Positions 38,477-49,235 of a stretch of DNA of 64,000 bases are shown here, one piece after another. A program made the translations under genes and the position numbers. Numbering within the stretch: position 1 is the first letter of the stretch; each line of letters begins with the position of its first letter. This DNA comes from Candidatus Omnitrophota bacterium (GTDB lineage: Bacteria; Ratteibacteria; UBA8468; B48-G9; JAFGKM01), in NCBI GenBank assembly GCA_016928555.1, contig JAFGKM010000051.1, positions 2,315-66,314 of the forward strand, read 5' to 3'. The notes below the pieces were generated by a model that saw nothing but the letters and a program-made list of their open reading frames with translations, did no database searches and was not told where the DNA came from.

Positions 38477-38526
38477 CTTTCTGCATCCCTGCCTGCTATC
38501 CGCAGGGATGACAGAAAGCGTCACTT
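38477..38526. repeat. Hairpin element overlapping the prfB stop codon
   Basis: ctttctg(t)catccctgc...gcagggatgacagaaag stem; 24 nt match (reverse complement) to 56849-56872. Confidence 0.65.
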
Positions 38527-39627
38527 CTTGGCCGCCCATTCAAGCTCCGCTTCTATAAAGCCGTCTATTTCCCCGTCCATTACCGCTTCAACGTTTCCCG
38601 TTTCAAATCCTGTCCTGTGGTCCTTGACCATGGTGTAAGGACAGAAGACATAAGACCTTATCTGGCTTCCCCACTCTATCTTTTTCTGCGTCCCCCTTCT
38701 TTCAGCTTCCGCTTTTTCCCTTTCTTCCAGTTCGCGCTGGTATAAACGGCTTTTAAGAAGCTTCATAGCAATCTCCCTGTTCTTGAACTGGGAGCGTTCA
38801 TTCTGGCACTGAACGACTATGCCCGAAGGAACGTGCTTTATCCTTACCGCGGTTGAGACCTTGTTTACGTTCTGCCCCCCTGCCCCGCCGGCCCTGTATG
38901 TGTCCATCTCAATATCGTCCTCTTTGATTTCAATGTTTATATCCGTCGGCACCTCGGGTATTACGTTTACGGCGGCAAAACTTGTATGCCTGCGCTTGTT
39001 TGAATCAAAAGGAGAGATTCTTACGAGGCGGTGGACGCCGTTCTCGCCTTTAAGGTAGCCGTAGGCATAGGCGCCCGATATGATAGCCGTAACCCTCTTC
39101 AGTCCGGCCTCCTCGCCCGGCAGAAAATCAACCACATTGACTCCGAAATTCTTGCCTGCGGCCCATTTGCTGTATAATCTCCACAGCATGCTTGCCCAGT
39201 CGCATGCCTCGGTTCCTCCCGCTCCGGCATGCAGTTCTATGATGGCGTTTTTTGCGTCTTCCTCGGCTGTCCACATAAGCTTTATTTTAATCTTTGCAAG
39301 GGATTTATCTATATCCGCAATTATAGAGGTGCCTTCTTTTTCCATTTCGATGTCTTCATCCGAGGAGAGAAGCTCTATTATGGTATTCAGGTGTTCAAGC
39401 TTCTTTCCTATTTCCTCGGTATCCGCAAGTTTTCCGCTCAGGGAATTCCACCTTTCCATTTTTCCCCTATCGTCGCGCGGGTTCCAGAACCCTTTTTTCT
39501 TGCGCTCCTCTTCAAGGGCGGAAAACTCGGCGCGCGCCTCCGTGATTCCGAACGTCTCTTTAATCTTCTCAAAGACTGCCGACAACTCGGAATGTTTATC
39601 TTTCATCCGGCTTATTTCGACTCTCAT
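38521..39627 (-). CDS. prfB: Peptide chain release factor 2 (no programmed frameshift)
   Basis: SPF motif, [11 protein letters not shown]. Confidence 0.96.
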   Translation of the reverse strand: MRVEISRMKDKHSELSAVFEKIKETFGITEARAEFSALEEERKKKGFWNPRDDRGKMERWNSLSGKLADTEEIGKKLEHLNTIIELLSSDEDIEMEKEGTSIIADIDKSLAKIKIKLMWTAEEDAKNAIIELHAGAGGTEACDWASMLWRLYSKWAAGKNFGVNVVDFLPGEEAGLKRVTAIISGAYAYGYLKGENGVHRLVRISPFDSNKRRHTSFAAVNVIPEVPTDINIEIKEDDIEMDTYRAGGAGGQNVNKVSTAVRIKHVPSGIVVQCQNERSQFKNREIAMKLLKSRLYQRELEEREKAEAERRGTQKKIEWGSQIRSYVFCPYTMVKDHRTGFETGNVEAVMDGEIDGFIEAELEWAAKK

Positions 39628-40606
39628 TTATTTTTCTCCATGCGGCCTCCGTCAGCGGCTTAAGCCCTTTTTCCGCAAGGGCTGAAATAAAACAGACCTC
39701 TTTGAATTCTTTTTTGAAGATTTCAATGTTTTCTTTTGATGAGTGAATATCCGTCTTGTTGCCCGCTATAATCTCGGGTTTTTCCGACAGGCTTTTGCTG
39801 TATTTCTCAAGTTCCTTCCTTATATTATAATAGTTTTCAAGCGCGTCAGGAACGGATAAATCCACCATGTGAAGGAGTACCTTTGTCCGTTCAATGTGCC
39901 TGAGGAACTGATAACCCAGCCCTTTCCCTTCCGACGCTCCCTCTATAAGGCCGGGTATATCGGCTACGACAAAACTCCTTCCTTCCCCGAGTCTGACGAC
40001 TCCGAGATTGGGCGCAACGGTCGTAAAAGGATAATCCGCTATCTTCGGCTTTGCGGATGAAACCTTTGATATGAGCGTGGATTTTCCGCTGTTGGGATAT
40101 CCTATTATCCCCACGTCTGCAAGGAGCTTAAGTTCAAGTTTAAGATATCTTTCCTGTCCGGGCGCTCCTTTCGTCGCTGTTCTCGGAGCCTGATTAGTGG
40201 ATGATTTGAAAAATGCGTTGCCCCTGCCTCCCTTGCCTCCTTCGGCGGCAATGAAACTTGCGCCGTCATGCGCAAGGTCCGTCAGAAAAAGATTTCCGCT
40301 TTCTTTGATTTCTTCAATAACCGTGCCTACAGGCAATGGGATTACGAGGTTTTTGCCCGACTTGCCTTCCTTGTTTTTTCCGCTTCCGTGTCCGCCGCTC
40401 TCAGCGCTGAAATGCTTTTTGTAATGAAAATCAATCAGCGTGTGTATATTTTTCTCAGCCGTAAAAATTATATCGGCTCCCCTGCCTCCGTCTCCGCCCG
40501 ACGGACCTCCTCTGGGAACAAATTTTTCCCTTCTGAACGCAACGCATCCGTTGCCTCCGTCGCCGGCTTTTACCCATATCTTCGCTTCGTCTATAAATTT
40601 AGCCAT
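39596..40606 (-). CDS. obgE: GTPase ObgE
   Basis: [35 protein letters not shown]. Confidence 0.96.
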   Translation of the reverse strand: MAKFIDEAKIWVKAGDGGNGCVAFRREKFVPRGGPSGGDGGRGADIIFTAEKNIHTLIDFHYKKHFSAESGGHGSGKNKEGKSGKNLVIPLPVGTVIEEIKESGNLFLTDLAHDGASFIAAEGGKGGRGNAFFKSSTNQAPRTATKGAPGQERYLKLELKLLADVGIIGYPNSGKSTLISKVSSAKPKIADYPFTTVAPNLGVVRLGEGRSFVVADIPGLIEGASEGKGLGYQFLRHIERTKVLLHMVDLSVPDALENYYNIRKELEKYSKSLSEKPEIIAGNKTDIHSSKENIEIFKKEFKEVCFISALAEKGLKPLTEAAWRKINESRNKPDER

Positions 40607-40607
40607 G

Positions 40608-41894
40608 TTACGCCTTTTTTTCCGCTGCAAAACGCACGTCTTTAACCCGCAGTTTCCGGTGGTATGAAACCGCGAACCTGTGGGCTTCGTCTCTGACCGC
40701 CTGCAAAAGATGAAGCTCGGGAGAATCTTCTTTGAGCCGCAGAGGGGTTTTCCCCCCGGGCAGGTACACATCTTCTGCCCTTTTCGCAAGGGATACCGCC
40801 GGAACCGCCGCCTTCATCTTCCGCAGGGTTTTTACCGCCGCGTTTAACTGCCCCCTGCCTCCGTCGACAAGTATCAGGTCCGGAATTTCTTTTCTTTCCT
40901 CTTCAGAGTCAAACCTTCTCATCAAAACCTCTTCAATCATCCTGCAGTCGTCTATCCCCCCGGACCAGCGTATCCTGTATTTTCTGTAATTGCATTTATC
41001 AGCCGCCCCGCCTTTGAAAGACACCTTGCCTGCAGTGGCATAAACGCCGGATATGTTGGAAACGTCATATCCTTCAATATGATACGGGATTTTTCCCAGT
41101 TTCAGGGTTTTACCGAGCTTCTCAAGGACGTTGCTTTCACTGTACAAAAGCAGGGATTTTTCATCTCTGAGAGGAAACCTTCCGCGCATATCTTCAAGCA
41201 TAAAAAGCCGTTTTTTTATCTCCTGCGCTTTTTCAAAGTCAAGGTTTTTAACCGCGGCCGCCATCTGTCTTTTCAGTTTTTTTGCAAACTCTCCGTAGTT
41301 TCCTCTGAAGAAGGCGGCCATTCCCCGCACGATATCCCCGTACTCCTTTTCGGATATCTTCCCCCCGCACGGGCCCGAACACCTGCCTATATGATACTGG
41401 GTGCACAGGCGGACCTTTTTCCTGTCCAGATTATGCCGGCAGTTTCTGACCGGATAGTACCTCCTGATAAATTTTATTATCCCTTTTAGCAGTTCAACAT
41501 TGGTGAAAGGCCCGAAATAAAGAGATCTTCCGTCTTTTTTCTCCCTGACAATCAGCAGGGACGGGAATTTTTCCGCGGTTATCTTGACCAGAGGATAACT
41601 TTTATCGTCTTTCATGTCCACGTTATACTTTGGCCTGTGCTTTTTTATCAGGCTGTTTTCCAGTATCAGTGCTTCGGCTTCCGAAGCGGCGGGGATGATG
41701 TCAAAATCCGCTATGTTTTCCGCAAGAGAAGGGTTTGCGGAGCCGCTTGGACGGAAGTACGAAGCTATCCTTCTTTTCAGGGACACGGCTTTGCCTATGT
41801 ATATGACAGAGCCTTTTCTATCCTTCATGAGATACACGCCGGGTATATCGGGCGTATCACCCAGTTTTTCCGGTATCTTCCGCTTTCTTTTCAT
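40608..41894 (-). CDS. uvrC: Excinuclease UvrC (short form)
   Basis: GVY..YIGKA GIY-YIG, DDKSYP, DGGRGQ, RDEAHRFA. Confidence 0.9.
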   Translation of the reverse strand: MKRKRKIPEKLGDTPDIPGVYLMKDRKGSVIYIGKAVSLKRRIASYFRPSGSANPSLAENIADFDIIPAASEAEALILENSLIKKHRPKYNVDMKDDKSYPLVKITAEKFPSLLIVREKKDGRSLYFGPFTNVELLKGIIKFIRRYYPVRNCRHNLDRKKVRLCTQYHIGRCSGPCGGKISEKEYGDIVRGMAAFFRGNYGEFAKKLKRQMAAAVKNLDFEKAQEIKKRLFMLEDMRGRFPLRDEKSLLLYSESNVLEKLGKTLKLGKIPYHIEGYDVSNISGVYATAGKVSFKGGAADKCNYRKYRIRWSGGIDDCRMIEEVLMRRFDSEEERKEIPDLILVDGGRGQLNAAVKTLRKMKAAVPAVSLAKRAEDVYLPGGKTPLRLKEDSPELHLLQAVRDEAHRFAVSYHRKLRVKDVRFAAEKKA

Positions 41895-42171
41895 CCGGTT
41901 TTTTTTCTTCGCCTCCGGGCGCCTCTTTTTTCAATTCGTCAACATAATTCAACTGCAGTTCGGCGATAACTCCGGTCAGCATCTTCGACTCGGCATCCGT
42001 GAGGTTGCCCTTTGTTTTTTCCCTGAGCATCTCGGTTATGTCAATAATCTGCTTCGCGAGCTCAAGGTTCCGCTCAACCTTTCCCGTAACGGGATTGGGA
42101 ACTTTTCCAATCGCCTGCCATCCCCATCCTGCAAAAAACGTAACGACGAAATTAAACAGTCCTTCAGACAT
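41857..42171 (-). CDS. DUF1844-like protein
   Basis: GKVPNP.TG, AKQIID, KTKGNL..E, L.LNYV. Confidence 0.8.
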   Translation of the reverse strand: MSEGLFNFVVTFFAGWGWQAIGKVPNPVTGKVERNLELAKQIIDITEMLREKTKGNLTDAESKMLTGVIAELQLNYVDELKKEAPGGEEKKPDEKKAEDTGKTG

Positions 42172-42229
42172 CGCTGCCCTCCTTGATTTTTTTTAGTTAA
42201 TTATAACATACCCGTACAGGATTGGCATT

Positions 42230-42850
42230 TCAGGAACCGGCAAGCGTGCTTGCTATTTTGTATGCCATGGGATAGATTAAACCGAATCCGCCTAGGAATA
42301 AGAATGCGAAGACGAGCATGAATCCGTATCTTTCCAGCTGTTCGTACCGGTAACGGATGTTTCCCGGAAGAAAAACGCCGAGTATCCTTGAGCCGTCAAG
42401 GGGAGGTATGGGTATAAGATTAAAGAAAGCAAGAACGAAGTTTATTATGCCTCCGAAGAAGAAGACGTCTTTAACAATGCCCGCCGTGAAGTTTTTTGAC
42501 AGGAGCGCCAGTATCGTCCCGAGAATGATGTTGCTGGCAGGCCCCGCAAGCCCCACAGTGAGCATCCCCCTGTCGTGGTCCCTGAAATTTAAGGGGTTTA
42601 TGGGAACGGGCTTCGCCCATCCGATAATGAACAGCCTGCCGCCGGTAAACACAGAGGCTACAATCAAAATCAGCGGAAGAAGAACGGTGCCTACCGGGTC
42701 TATATGCGGTATGGGATTAAACGTCAATCGCCCCAGAAGGCGGGCCGTGTCATCCCCGTTAAGGTATGCCACATACCCGTGGCAGAACTCATGCACGATA
42801 ACCGAGAAGAAAAGTATAAACAAAAAGATTACCAGATAGATTGCCTGCAT
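42230..42850 (-). CDS. Site-2 protease family (M50) metalloprotease
   Basis: HEFCH, AGP, FNLIPIPPLDG. Confidence 0.93.
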   Translation of the reverse strand: MQAIYLVIFLFILFFSVIVHEFCHGYVAYLNGDDTARLLGRLTFNPIPHIDPVGTVLLPLILIVASVFTGGRLFIIGWAKPVPINPLNFRDHDRGMLTVGLAGPASNIILGTILALLSKNFTAGIVKDVFFFGGIINFVLAFFNLIPIPPLDGSRILGVFLPGNIRYRYEQLERYGFMLVFAFLFLGGFGLIYPMAYKIASTLAGS

Positions 42851-42851
42851 A

Positions 42852-44372
42852 TTACCCCTTTATGTTTTTAATTCCTATGAGGGCGCTCAAGGATAAAAAA
42901 TAGACTAAAGCCGCTGTAATTATACCTGAAAAGAGCACGGCAGGCAAGGAACAGAGTCCGGAAACCTGATTTTTAAAGGCATATGCCGCAAGCCCCATAA
43001 TTGCGGAGGAAAGAAAGGTTTTCCGAAAAAAAGGCGCCGCTTTCCGGAAGTCAAACCGGAGGTGTTTTCTGTTAAACAGAACCGCAAGAAGAATGAAGTT
43101 AGAGATCCCCACGGCGGAAGTTGCAAGGGCAATTCCGTTATGCCCCATGAACCTCATAAGCGCAATATCCGCAACAAAATTTACCAGTATGCTGATTAGT
43201 CCGACCTTAACCGGCGTTGCGGTATCCCTGCGGGCGTAAAACGCCCTGGTAAGGACGGATACGCCGCCGTATCCCAGCAGTCCTATTGCATAGAAGGCAA
43301 GCGGCGAAGCGGCGAGGGGTACGGATGCGGCGCCGAACATGCCTCTTTCAAAGAGGAAAGAAACTATCTCCGTTCTAAATATAACCAGCCCGAACGTGAA
43401 AGGAATCAGCAGTATTGCAAGCATGCGGAAAGAAAAATCAAGGTTTTTAATAAATCCTGCGTGGTTTTGGGAAAAGGCATCTTCTGAAAACCACGGCAAA
43501 ACAGCCGTTGAAACGGCAATGGCGAAAACTCCGAGAGGAAGCTGGAATATCCTTGTGCTGTACCAGAGCCCCGATACCGCTCCTTCGTAAAGGAGGTTTG
43601 CGAGCGTCATGTCGACAAGGATATTTATGGGCGCGACAGCCACTCCGATAACGGCAGGCGCGAGAAGTTTCCCCATCAATTTTACAACGGGATGGGTAAA
43701 GTTGCAGTTGAACCTTATTCTGTACCCCCTTTTAAGTACGGGTATAAGGGTAAAAAGGAACTGCCCTGCCCCGCCAATGACAACCGCCGCGCATAAAACG
43801 AATATCCTGTCCTGAACTGCACCTCCGAAAAACGGGATGAAAAGAAAGAGAGCCGCAATCCACACAACGTCCAGTATGACCGGAGAGAGAGACGGCAGAA
43901 GGAATATCTTATGGGCGTTCAGGACGCCCATGTTGAGAGCGGTAAGCGATATAAATACAAGATACGGAAAAGTGAAACGGAGCAGAGTCCACGTCCACCA
44001 CCACTTTGAATTTTCGCTTAACAGCGAAGAAGAAAGAAAGCTTGCGCCGAGCGCCGCGATAAAAAGGGCAATTGTTGCAAAAAGGGATAAGGTGAAACAT
44101 ATGTTGAATATTTCAGTCCCTTCCTTTTTCCTTGCGGGCCCGCCGGCCGCATATTCGGTGAAAACAGGTATGAATGCGGCATTTAACGCGCCTTCCCCGA
44201 GAAGCCCCCTGAAGAAATTGGGTATCATGAAGGCGATGAGGAATGCGTCGTATATATAAGTGGTCCCGAAAAAATTAGCGGTTGAAACTTCTCTTGCAAG
44301 CCCGAATACCCTCGCTATTATTGTGCCGAGGGAAATCAAAGATACCGCCCGCAATATCTTTTTTGAACTCAT
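42852..44372 (-). CDS. murJ: Lipid II flippase MurJ
   Basis: G..RE, IPNFFR..GEGA, RIFQLPLG, FERG.F. Confidence 0.93.
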   Translation of the reverse strand: MSSKKILRAVSLISLGTIIARVFGLAREVSTANFFGTTYIYDAFLIAFMIPNFFRGLLGEGALNAAFIPVFTEYAAGGPARKKEGTEIFNICFTLSLFATIALFIAALGASFLSSSLLSENSKWWWTWTLLRFTFPYLVFISLTALNMGVLNAHKIFLLPSLSPVILDVVWIAALFLFIPFFGGAVQDRIFVLCAAVVIGGAGQFLFTLIPVLKRGYRIRFNCNFTHPVVKLMGKLLAPAVIGVAVAPINILVDMTLANLLYEGAVSGLWYSTRIFQLPLGVFAIAVSTAVLPWFSEDAFSQNHAGFIKNLDFSFRMLAILLIPFTFGLVIFRTEIVSFLFERGMFGAASVPLAASPLAFYAIGLLGYGGVSVLTRAFYARRDTATPVKVGLISILVNFVADIALMRFMGHNGIALATSAVGISNFILLAVLFNRKHLRFDFRKAAPFFRKTFLSSAIMGLAAYAFKNQVSGLCSLPAVLFSGIITAALVYFLSLSALIGIKNIKG

Positions 44373-45799
44373 TTCTTCTGTCTCAGAAGGGGGAAAAATA
44401 TCACTTCCCTGATGGAAGGAGAATCCGTCATAAGCATAACGAGGCGGTCAATCCCTATCCCGAGGCCACCTGCCGGCGGCATGCCGTATTCAAGCGCTTC
44501 AACGTAATCCTCGTCGACCGTTTTTTCCCTGTTTCCCGAAGCGTTACCGAGGGCTTCTACAAACCTTTTATGCTGTTCGACCGGGTCGTTGAGTTCCGAG
44601 TACGCGTTTGCGACCTCAAGCCCTCCCATGAAAAGCTCGAACCGCTCGGTCATCCCCGGATTGCCGGGACAGGATTTTGCAAGAGGGGATACTTCCGCGG
44701 GGTATTCATAGATGAAAGTCGGGTTTACGAGGTTCGGCTGAATTTTTTTCTTGAAAAGCGCGTCAAGGACTTCATATTTGTCAGTTTTGTCTTCCTCGGT
44801 TATTTCAACTCCGAGTTCCTCCGCTTTTCTTATTATTGCATCTTTATCTTTCCAGTCTTCAACCCCGAGAGATGAAAAAATCTCTGTCCATTTAATCATT
44901 TTCCACGGCAAAGTCAGGTCAATTTTCATTTTCTGGTATTCAATCGCAAGCCCGTTGTTGATTTTCTCCGCGAGCATGGTAATCAGCGATTCGGTTATCT
45001 CCATCATCTGTTTGCAGTCCCCGTAGGCGGAGTACAGCTCAAGCATTGTGAACTCGGGGTTATGAAGAGGCGAGATGCCTTCGTTCCTGAAGGAACGGTT
45101 AATCTCATATATCCTTTCAAAATTTCCCACAAGGAGACGTTTAAGGTAAAGTTCCGGCGCAATCCTGAGGTAAAGGTTCATATCCAGCGCATTGTGGTGC
45201 GTGATGAAAGGCCTTGCGTCAGCCCCCCCCGCTATGGGATGCATCATGGGCGTGTCAACCTCTATGAAATCCCTCTTGTTCAGAAATTCCCTTATGTACT
45301 GGAGTATTTTCACGCGCTTGTTAAAGACTTCTTTCGCCTCGCTGTTCATTATAAGGTCGAGGTAGCGCTTCCTGAATCTTATTTCCACATCCTTGAGCCC
45401 GTGCCATTTTTCAGGGAGCGGATTGAGGGATTTTGAAAGTATGGAAAGATGTTTTATCACGATTGTAAGTTCGCCTGTTTTTGTACGGAAAACATCTCCC
45501 TCGGCGCCTATTATGTCTCCGATATCAAGATTTTTAAATATGGATAATTCCGCTTCGCTGACAGCATTCCTTTTAAAATACAGCTGTATCTTTCCCGTGC
45601 TGTCCTTTATGTCAAGGAAGGAAGAGCCGCCGTGTTTCCTTACGGCCATAATTCTTCCGGCTGCTTTAACGTCTGTTTCGCCTTCGGTTATAAGCGCAAT
45701 GTCTTTTTTGGAAAAAGCCCTTCCGTAAACGTCGACTCCCTGCTTTTTTAATTCCTCAAGCTTTTCAACTCTCTGGCTGCGTATATTTTCTTCACTCAT
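44369..45799 (-). CDS. lysS: Lysyl-tRNA synthetase (class II)
   Basis: LRIAPELYLKRL, FRNEG, HNPEF, GIGIDRL. Confidence 0.98.
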   Translation of the reverse strand: MSEENIRSQRVEKLEELKKQGVDVYGRAFSKKDIALITEGETDVKAAGRIMAVRKHGGSSFLDIKDSTGKIQLYFKRNAVSEAELSIFKNLDIGDIIGAEGDVFRTKTGELTIVIKHLSILSKSLNPLPEKWHGLKDVEIRFRKRYLDLIMNSEAKEVFNKRVKILQYIREFLNKRDFIEVDTPMMHPIAGGADARPFITHHNALDMNLYLRIAPELYLKRLLVGNFERIYEINRSFRNEGISPLHNPEFTMLELYSAYGDCKQMMEITESLITMLAEKINNGLAIEYQKMKIDLTLPWKMIKWTEIFSSLGVEDWKDKDAIIRKAEELGVEITEEDKTDKYEVLDALFKKKIQPNLVNPTFIYEYPAEVSPLAKSCPGNPGMTERFELFMGGLEVANAYSELNDPVEQHKRFVEALGNASGNREKTVDEDYVEALEYGMPPAGGLGIGIDRLVMLMTDSPSIREVIFFPLLRQKK

Positions 45800-47075
45800 C
45801 TTCTTTATCCCCTTCCAGCTTCCTTATTTTAACAAGCCGCACTTTTTTGGTGTCGGCTTCCTGTATGGCGAACTCATAGCCGTTATAAACAAAACTTTCG
45901 CCTTTAACGGGAAATTTTCCGAGCCGGTCAAGCACAAAACCCGCCACGGTCTCAAATTCCCCTTCGGGAATATCCAGTCCTATCTCTTCGTTGACTTTTT
46001 CAATCTCCATCCCGCCGGATACAAGGAAGCTTCCGTCCTCCTGCAGATGGAGCTCCTTGACTTCCTTTTTGTACTCGTCGGAGATTTCACCCACGATTTC
46101 CTCCACAAGGTCCTCCATGGTGACAAGGCCGGCGGTGCCCCCGTATTCGTCCATGACTATCGCCATCTGCATCTTCTTTTCCTGGAGCTCCTTCATCAGT
46201 TCGCTGACTTTTTTGCTCTCGGGTACGAAATAAGGCTGGCGCATGAAATCTTTTGCTTTTACCTGAACCGGCTGTCCCGAGTTTTTTACCTCGTGCGCCA
46301 CAATGTCCTTTATGTAAACTATGCCGGATATCCGGTCAATATTGTCTTTGTAAACGGGAAGTCTCGAGTATCCTTCCCGCGCAATTACGTTGGTTACTTC
46401 CTCCATAAGATTTTCTTCTTTTACCGCGACGATGTTAACCCTGGCCGTCATGATTTCCCGAACCATTTTGTCGCCAAGTTCAAATATGCTGTCAATCATG
46501 TCGCGCTCTTCTTCCTCAAGAATGCCTTCCTCTTCGCTCGCGATTATCATAGCCTTGAGGTCCTCCTCGGTCAAAACAGGAATGATTGATTCCAGCTTCG
46601 CTCCGAAAATCCTGACAAAGAATTTGGAAAAAACAAGCAGTATTTTTATAAGCGGCGTGAAAATAACGCAGAAGAATTTTAAGGGGTTTGCAAAAAGATA
46701 AGCGGCCGCTTCAGCGTGTTTTTTTGCAAAGCTCTTGGGGATGATTTCTCCAAAGACAAGGATAAGAAAAGTCATTATGCCCGTGACAATGGCGGCGCTG
46801 AAAAGATGGTAATACCTGTAGCTCAAAGATGCCGCCATGACCGAAGCGGAAATGTTTACTATATTGTTTCCGACAAGGGCGGTAACCAGAATCTTGTTCG
46901 GGTTTTCAAACCAGAACCTCAGCCGTTTGGCCTTCTTTTCGTCTTTTTCCGCGATTTTCTGGAAATGATGCCGGCCGAAAGAGATAAAAGCGGTTTCCGA
47001 TGCGGAAAAAAATGCGGACATCAATATGAATATGCCTATGGTTATAAGATATAACAATAAATCGGGTTCGTTCAT
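45792..47075 (-). CDS. CNNM/CorC (DUF21-CBS-CorC) hemolysin-family protein
   Basis: FFSASETA, GEIIPK, SRLPVY, DEYGGTAGLVTMED. Confidence 0.92.
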   Translation of the reverse strand: MNEPDLLLYLITIGIFILMSAFFSASETAFISFGRHHFQKIAEKDEKKAKRLRFWFENPNKILVTALVGNNIVNISASVMAASLSYRYYHLFSAAIVTGIMTFLILVFGEIIPKSFAKKHAEAAAYLFANPLKFFCVIFTPLIKILLVFSKFFVRIFGAKLESIIPVLTEEDLKAMIIASEEEGILEEEERDMIDSIFELGDKMVREIMTARVNIVAVKEENLMEEVTNVIAREGYSRLPVYKDNIDRISGIVYIKDIVAHEVKNSGQPVQVKAKDFMRQPYFVPESKKVSELMKELQEKKMQMAIVMDEYGGTAGLVTMEDLVEEIVGEISDEYKKEVKELHLQEDGSFLVSGGMEIEKVNEEIGLDIPEGEFETVAGFVLDRLGKFPVKGESFVYNGYEFAIQEADTKKVRLVKIRKLEGDKEDE

Positions 47076-47635
47076 TTTATAAGGTAGTTACTCCATTTTT
47101 GCAGGTAAGCTTCGGGATTTTCGGAAAACGCCTTTTTGTAAGCAAGGAATGCTCTGATGAAACTTTCAAGCACTTCATGCTTTTCAACGGGCCTGCCGGC
47201 AATCTCCTTCATTGAAACCCTTTCCCGGCCGTCTCCGGCAGCGTTGTTGACGTTAATTCCGACGCCCGCTATATAAACCCCCTGTTTTTTTAATATAAGT
47301 ATGCCGGATATTTTCCTGCCGGAAGTTATTATATCATTAGGAAGCTTGATTCTGCAACTTATCCCGTATGTTTGTAAGGATTCAACAATGGACAAAGAGA
47401 GAATTTCCGAAAGAAAAAGAGAGAATCTTCCTTCTTCAAGTATCCATGAAAAATAAAGACCGCCCGGCGGAGAAAACCATTTCCTGCCGTACCTGCCCCT
47501 GCCTTCAAACTGTTCTTCGGCGCATATTATGCCGTTTTTACCTTTCGCCAGAAGCTTCTCCGCCTCTTCCATCGTGGAGGATACGCTTCCGAAGATGTAA
47601 ACCGGAATTCCGCATATTTCCTTGCTGTGTTTCAT
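47072..47635 (-). CDS. birA: Biotin protein ligase (no HTH)
   Basis: SSTM, GRGRYGRKW.SP, K.PND, KISGIL, GIN. Confidence 0.88.
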   Translation of the reverse strand: MKHSKEICGIPVYIFGSVSSTMEEAEKLLAKGKNGIICAEEQFEGRGRYGRKWFSPPGGLYFSWILEEGRFSLFLSEILSLSIVESLQTYGISCRIKLPNDIITSGRKISGILILKKQGVYIAGVGINVNNAAGDGRERVSMKEIAGRPVEKHEVLESFIRAFLAYKKAFSENPEAYLQKWSNYLIK

Positions 47636-47643
47636 TTCTTCCG

Positions 47644-48381
47644 TCAAAATTTATCCGCAGTTTCTTGCAATACCATTCCGATGCCTTCCATCGTGAGATG
47701 TCTCCGCACTTTTTTGCCGTGCCTGATACGGTTTTTCAGGATACCGCTCCCTCCGCCGGTTAAAACAAGCACGGCTGAAGGGCGCCTGCGGAAGGATATA
47801 TCGAGAATATTGTTTACGGCCCCTTCCATTCCGTATTTGAGCCCTCCGAATACGGCTTCGTTCGTATCTCTGCCAGGGAATTTAACGCCGGCAGGCCTGA
47901 TATCTTTTATCATCGCCGTATTTTTCAAAGAATTAACCCATAATTCCGCGCCGGGGAGTATCGCTCCTCCCAGAAAGCCTTCTTTTTCTGAGGCAATATC
48001 GACTGTTAAGGCCGTTCCTATGTCAACAACAATAACCGGCGAGCCGAAAATTCTGATTGCGGCTTTGCAGTTTAACATTCTGTCAATGCCCGCCTTTTCA
48101 GGATTTTTGATTTTGAGCGGAATGCCGCAATTCTTATGATTGATAAGCATAACCCGTTTTCCGAATGAGTCCCGGAATTTGCTTTTAATAGCTGAATTCA
48201 AGGAGGGGACTACCGAAGCCATGCCTATCAATTGAGGTTTTATTTTCTTCCATCCCGCGGGAATATCGGGAATGAGACTGCCTTTGCGCGGAAAGGTATA
48301 AATCTCTTTTAGTTTACCGTTTTTGAAAAGGCCCAGCTTTATCCTGCTGTTTCCGGCCTCAATACCGATTGTATACATCAT
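47644..48381 (-). CDS. coaX: Type III pantothenate kinase
   Basis: GNSRIK, SVVP, GIDR, DIGTA, GGAILPG, TGG. Confidence 0.9.
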   Translation of the reverse strand: MMYTIGIEAGNSRIKLGLFKNGKLKEIYTFPRKGSLIPDIPAGWKKIKPQLIGMASVVPSLNSAIKSKFRDSFGKRVMLINHKNCGIPLKIKNPEKAGIDRMLNCKAAIRIFGSPVIVVDIGTALTVDIASEKEGFLGGAILPGAELWVNSLKNTAMIKDIRPAGVKFPGRDTNEAVFGGLKYGMEGAVNNILDISFRRRPSAVLVLTGGGSGILKNRIRHGKKVRRHLTMEGIGMVLQETADKF

Positions 48382-48405
48382 CCCTTCATTTATTCCAGGC
48401 TTTAT

Positions 48406-49140
48406 TTACTTGGTATGCTTGTAATAGTCTTCGGGAACACTGCTTACAATCTCGTTTATGGCGTTTTCCAGCATTATCATGACGGCTTTTTCCATCGGCG
48501 TGTTCTGATAGCTCTCAAATCCCGCCCCGAGCGCCACTCCTCCTATAACTCCCCCTCCTATTAACCCAAGGCTGGATTTTGAAGAATAACCTTCAACCGT
48601 GCCGCTCTTCAGTATTCTTCTCGTCCTGACGTCTACGAGCCGGATGCTTGCCGCAATGTACGCTTCTTTCTTTGATACCTTTACTCCGCCGCCTATTTTC
48701 CATGGAAGCGGTATCACAACCCCTCCGCCGCTTTTGCCCTGGTAGTCCGGTTCAAATGCCGTGATGGCTCCGGTCAGGAGAATGTCGGCGGTTTCAAAAG
48801 TTCCCTTTTCCGGAGCGTTGGCCGCCCATCCGCTCTGTCCCAGTTCATACTCGCCCTTTATATCCTGAAGGGCTGCGCTTTCAAGGACAATGAACCTGTT
48901 TGTCTTAAAAAGCGCGTCAATAATCATCTCCTGCATGCCGTCGCCTATCCTTCCGTACGCTCTGCCTGCCTTAACGTCAAAATTGCCGACCGTAATTCTC
49001 GCCTTGGGACCCTCGTAAGCGGCAATTTCCGTAACAGACGCCCCTCCGGTCGTAACCTTTGTTTTCACTCCCGTATCGGATGTCGCGCACGAAGCGCACA
49101 AAATTATCATTGCCAGACTGAACAAATATTTCCTGAACAT
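48406..49140 (-). CDS. CsgG/HfaB-family lipoprotein
   Basis: Lipobox CASC; TNRFIVLE, GAITAFE, IRLVDV.T. Confidence 0.8.
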   Translation of the reverse strand: MFRKYLFSLAMIILCASCATSDTGVKTKVTTGGASVTEIAAYEGPKARITVGNFDVKAGRAYGRIGDGMQEMIIDALFKTNRFIVLESAALQDIKGEYELGQSGWAANAPEKGTFETADILLTGAITAFEPDYQGKSGGGVVIPLPWKIGGGVKVSKKEAYIAASIRLVDVRTRRILKSGTVEGYSSKSSLGLIGGGVIGGVALGAGFESYQNTPMEKAVMIMLENAINEIVSSVPEDYYKHTK

Positions 49141-49200
49141 AATGCCCTCCCTTTCCAATAAATATACCACCGACCGCTTTTTTTTGCAATATGCGCAGAT

Positions 49201-49228
49201 TTGACGGGATTTTAAGAGAGTGTAAAAT
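49201..49228 (+). promoter_or_regulatory. Putative promoter giving leaderless mRNA
   Basis: TTGACG-16-TAAAAT-7 nt-ATG. Confidence 0.5.
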
Positions 49229-49235
49229 ATGAGTC

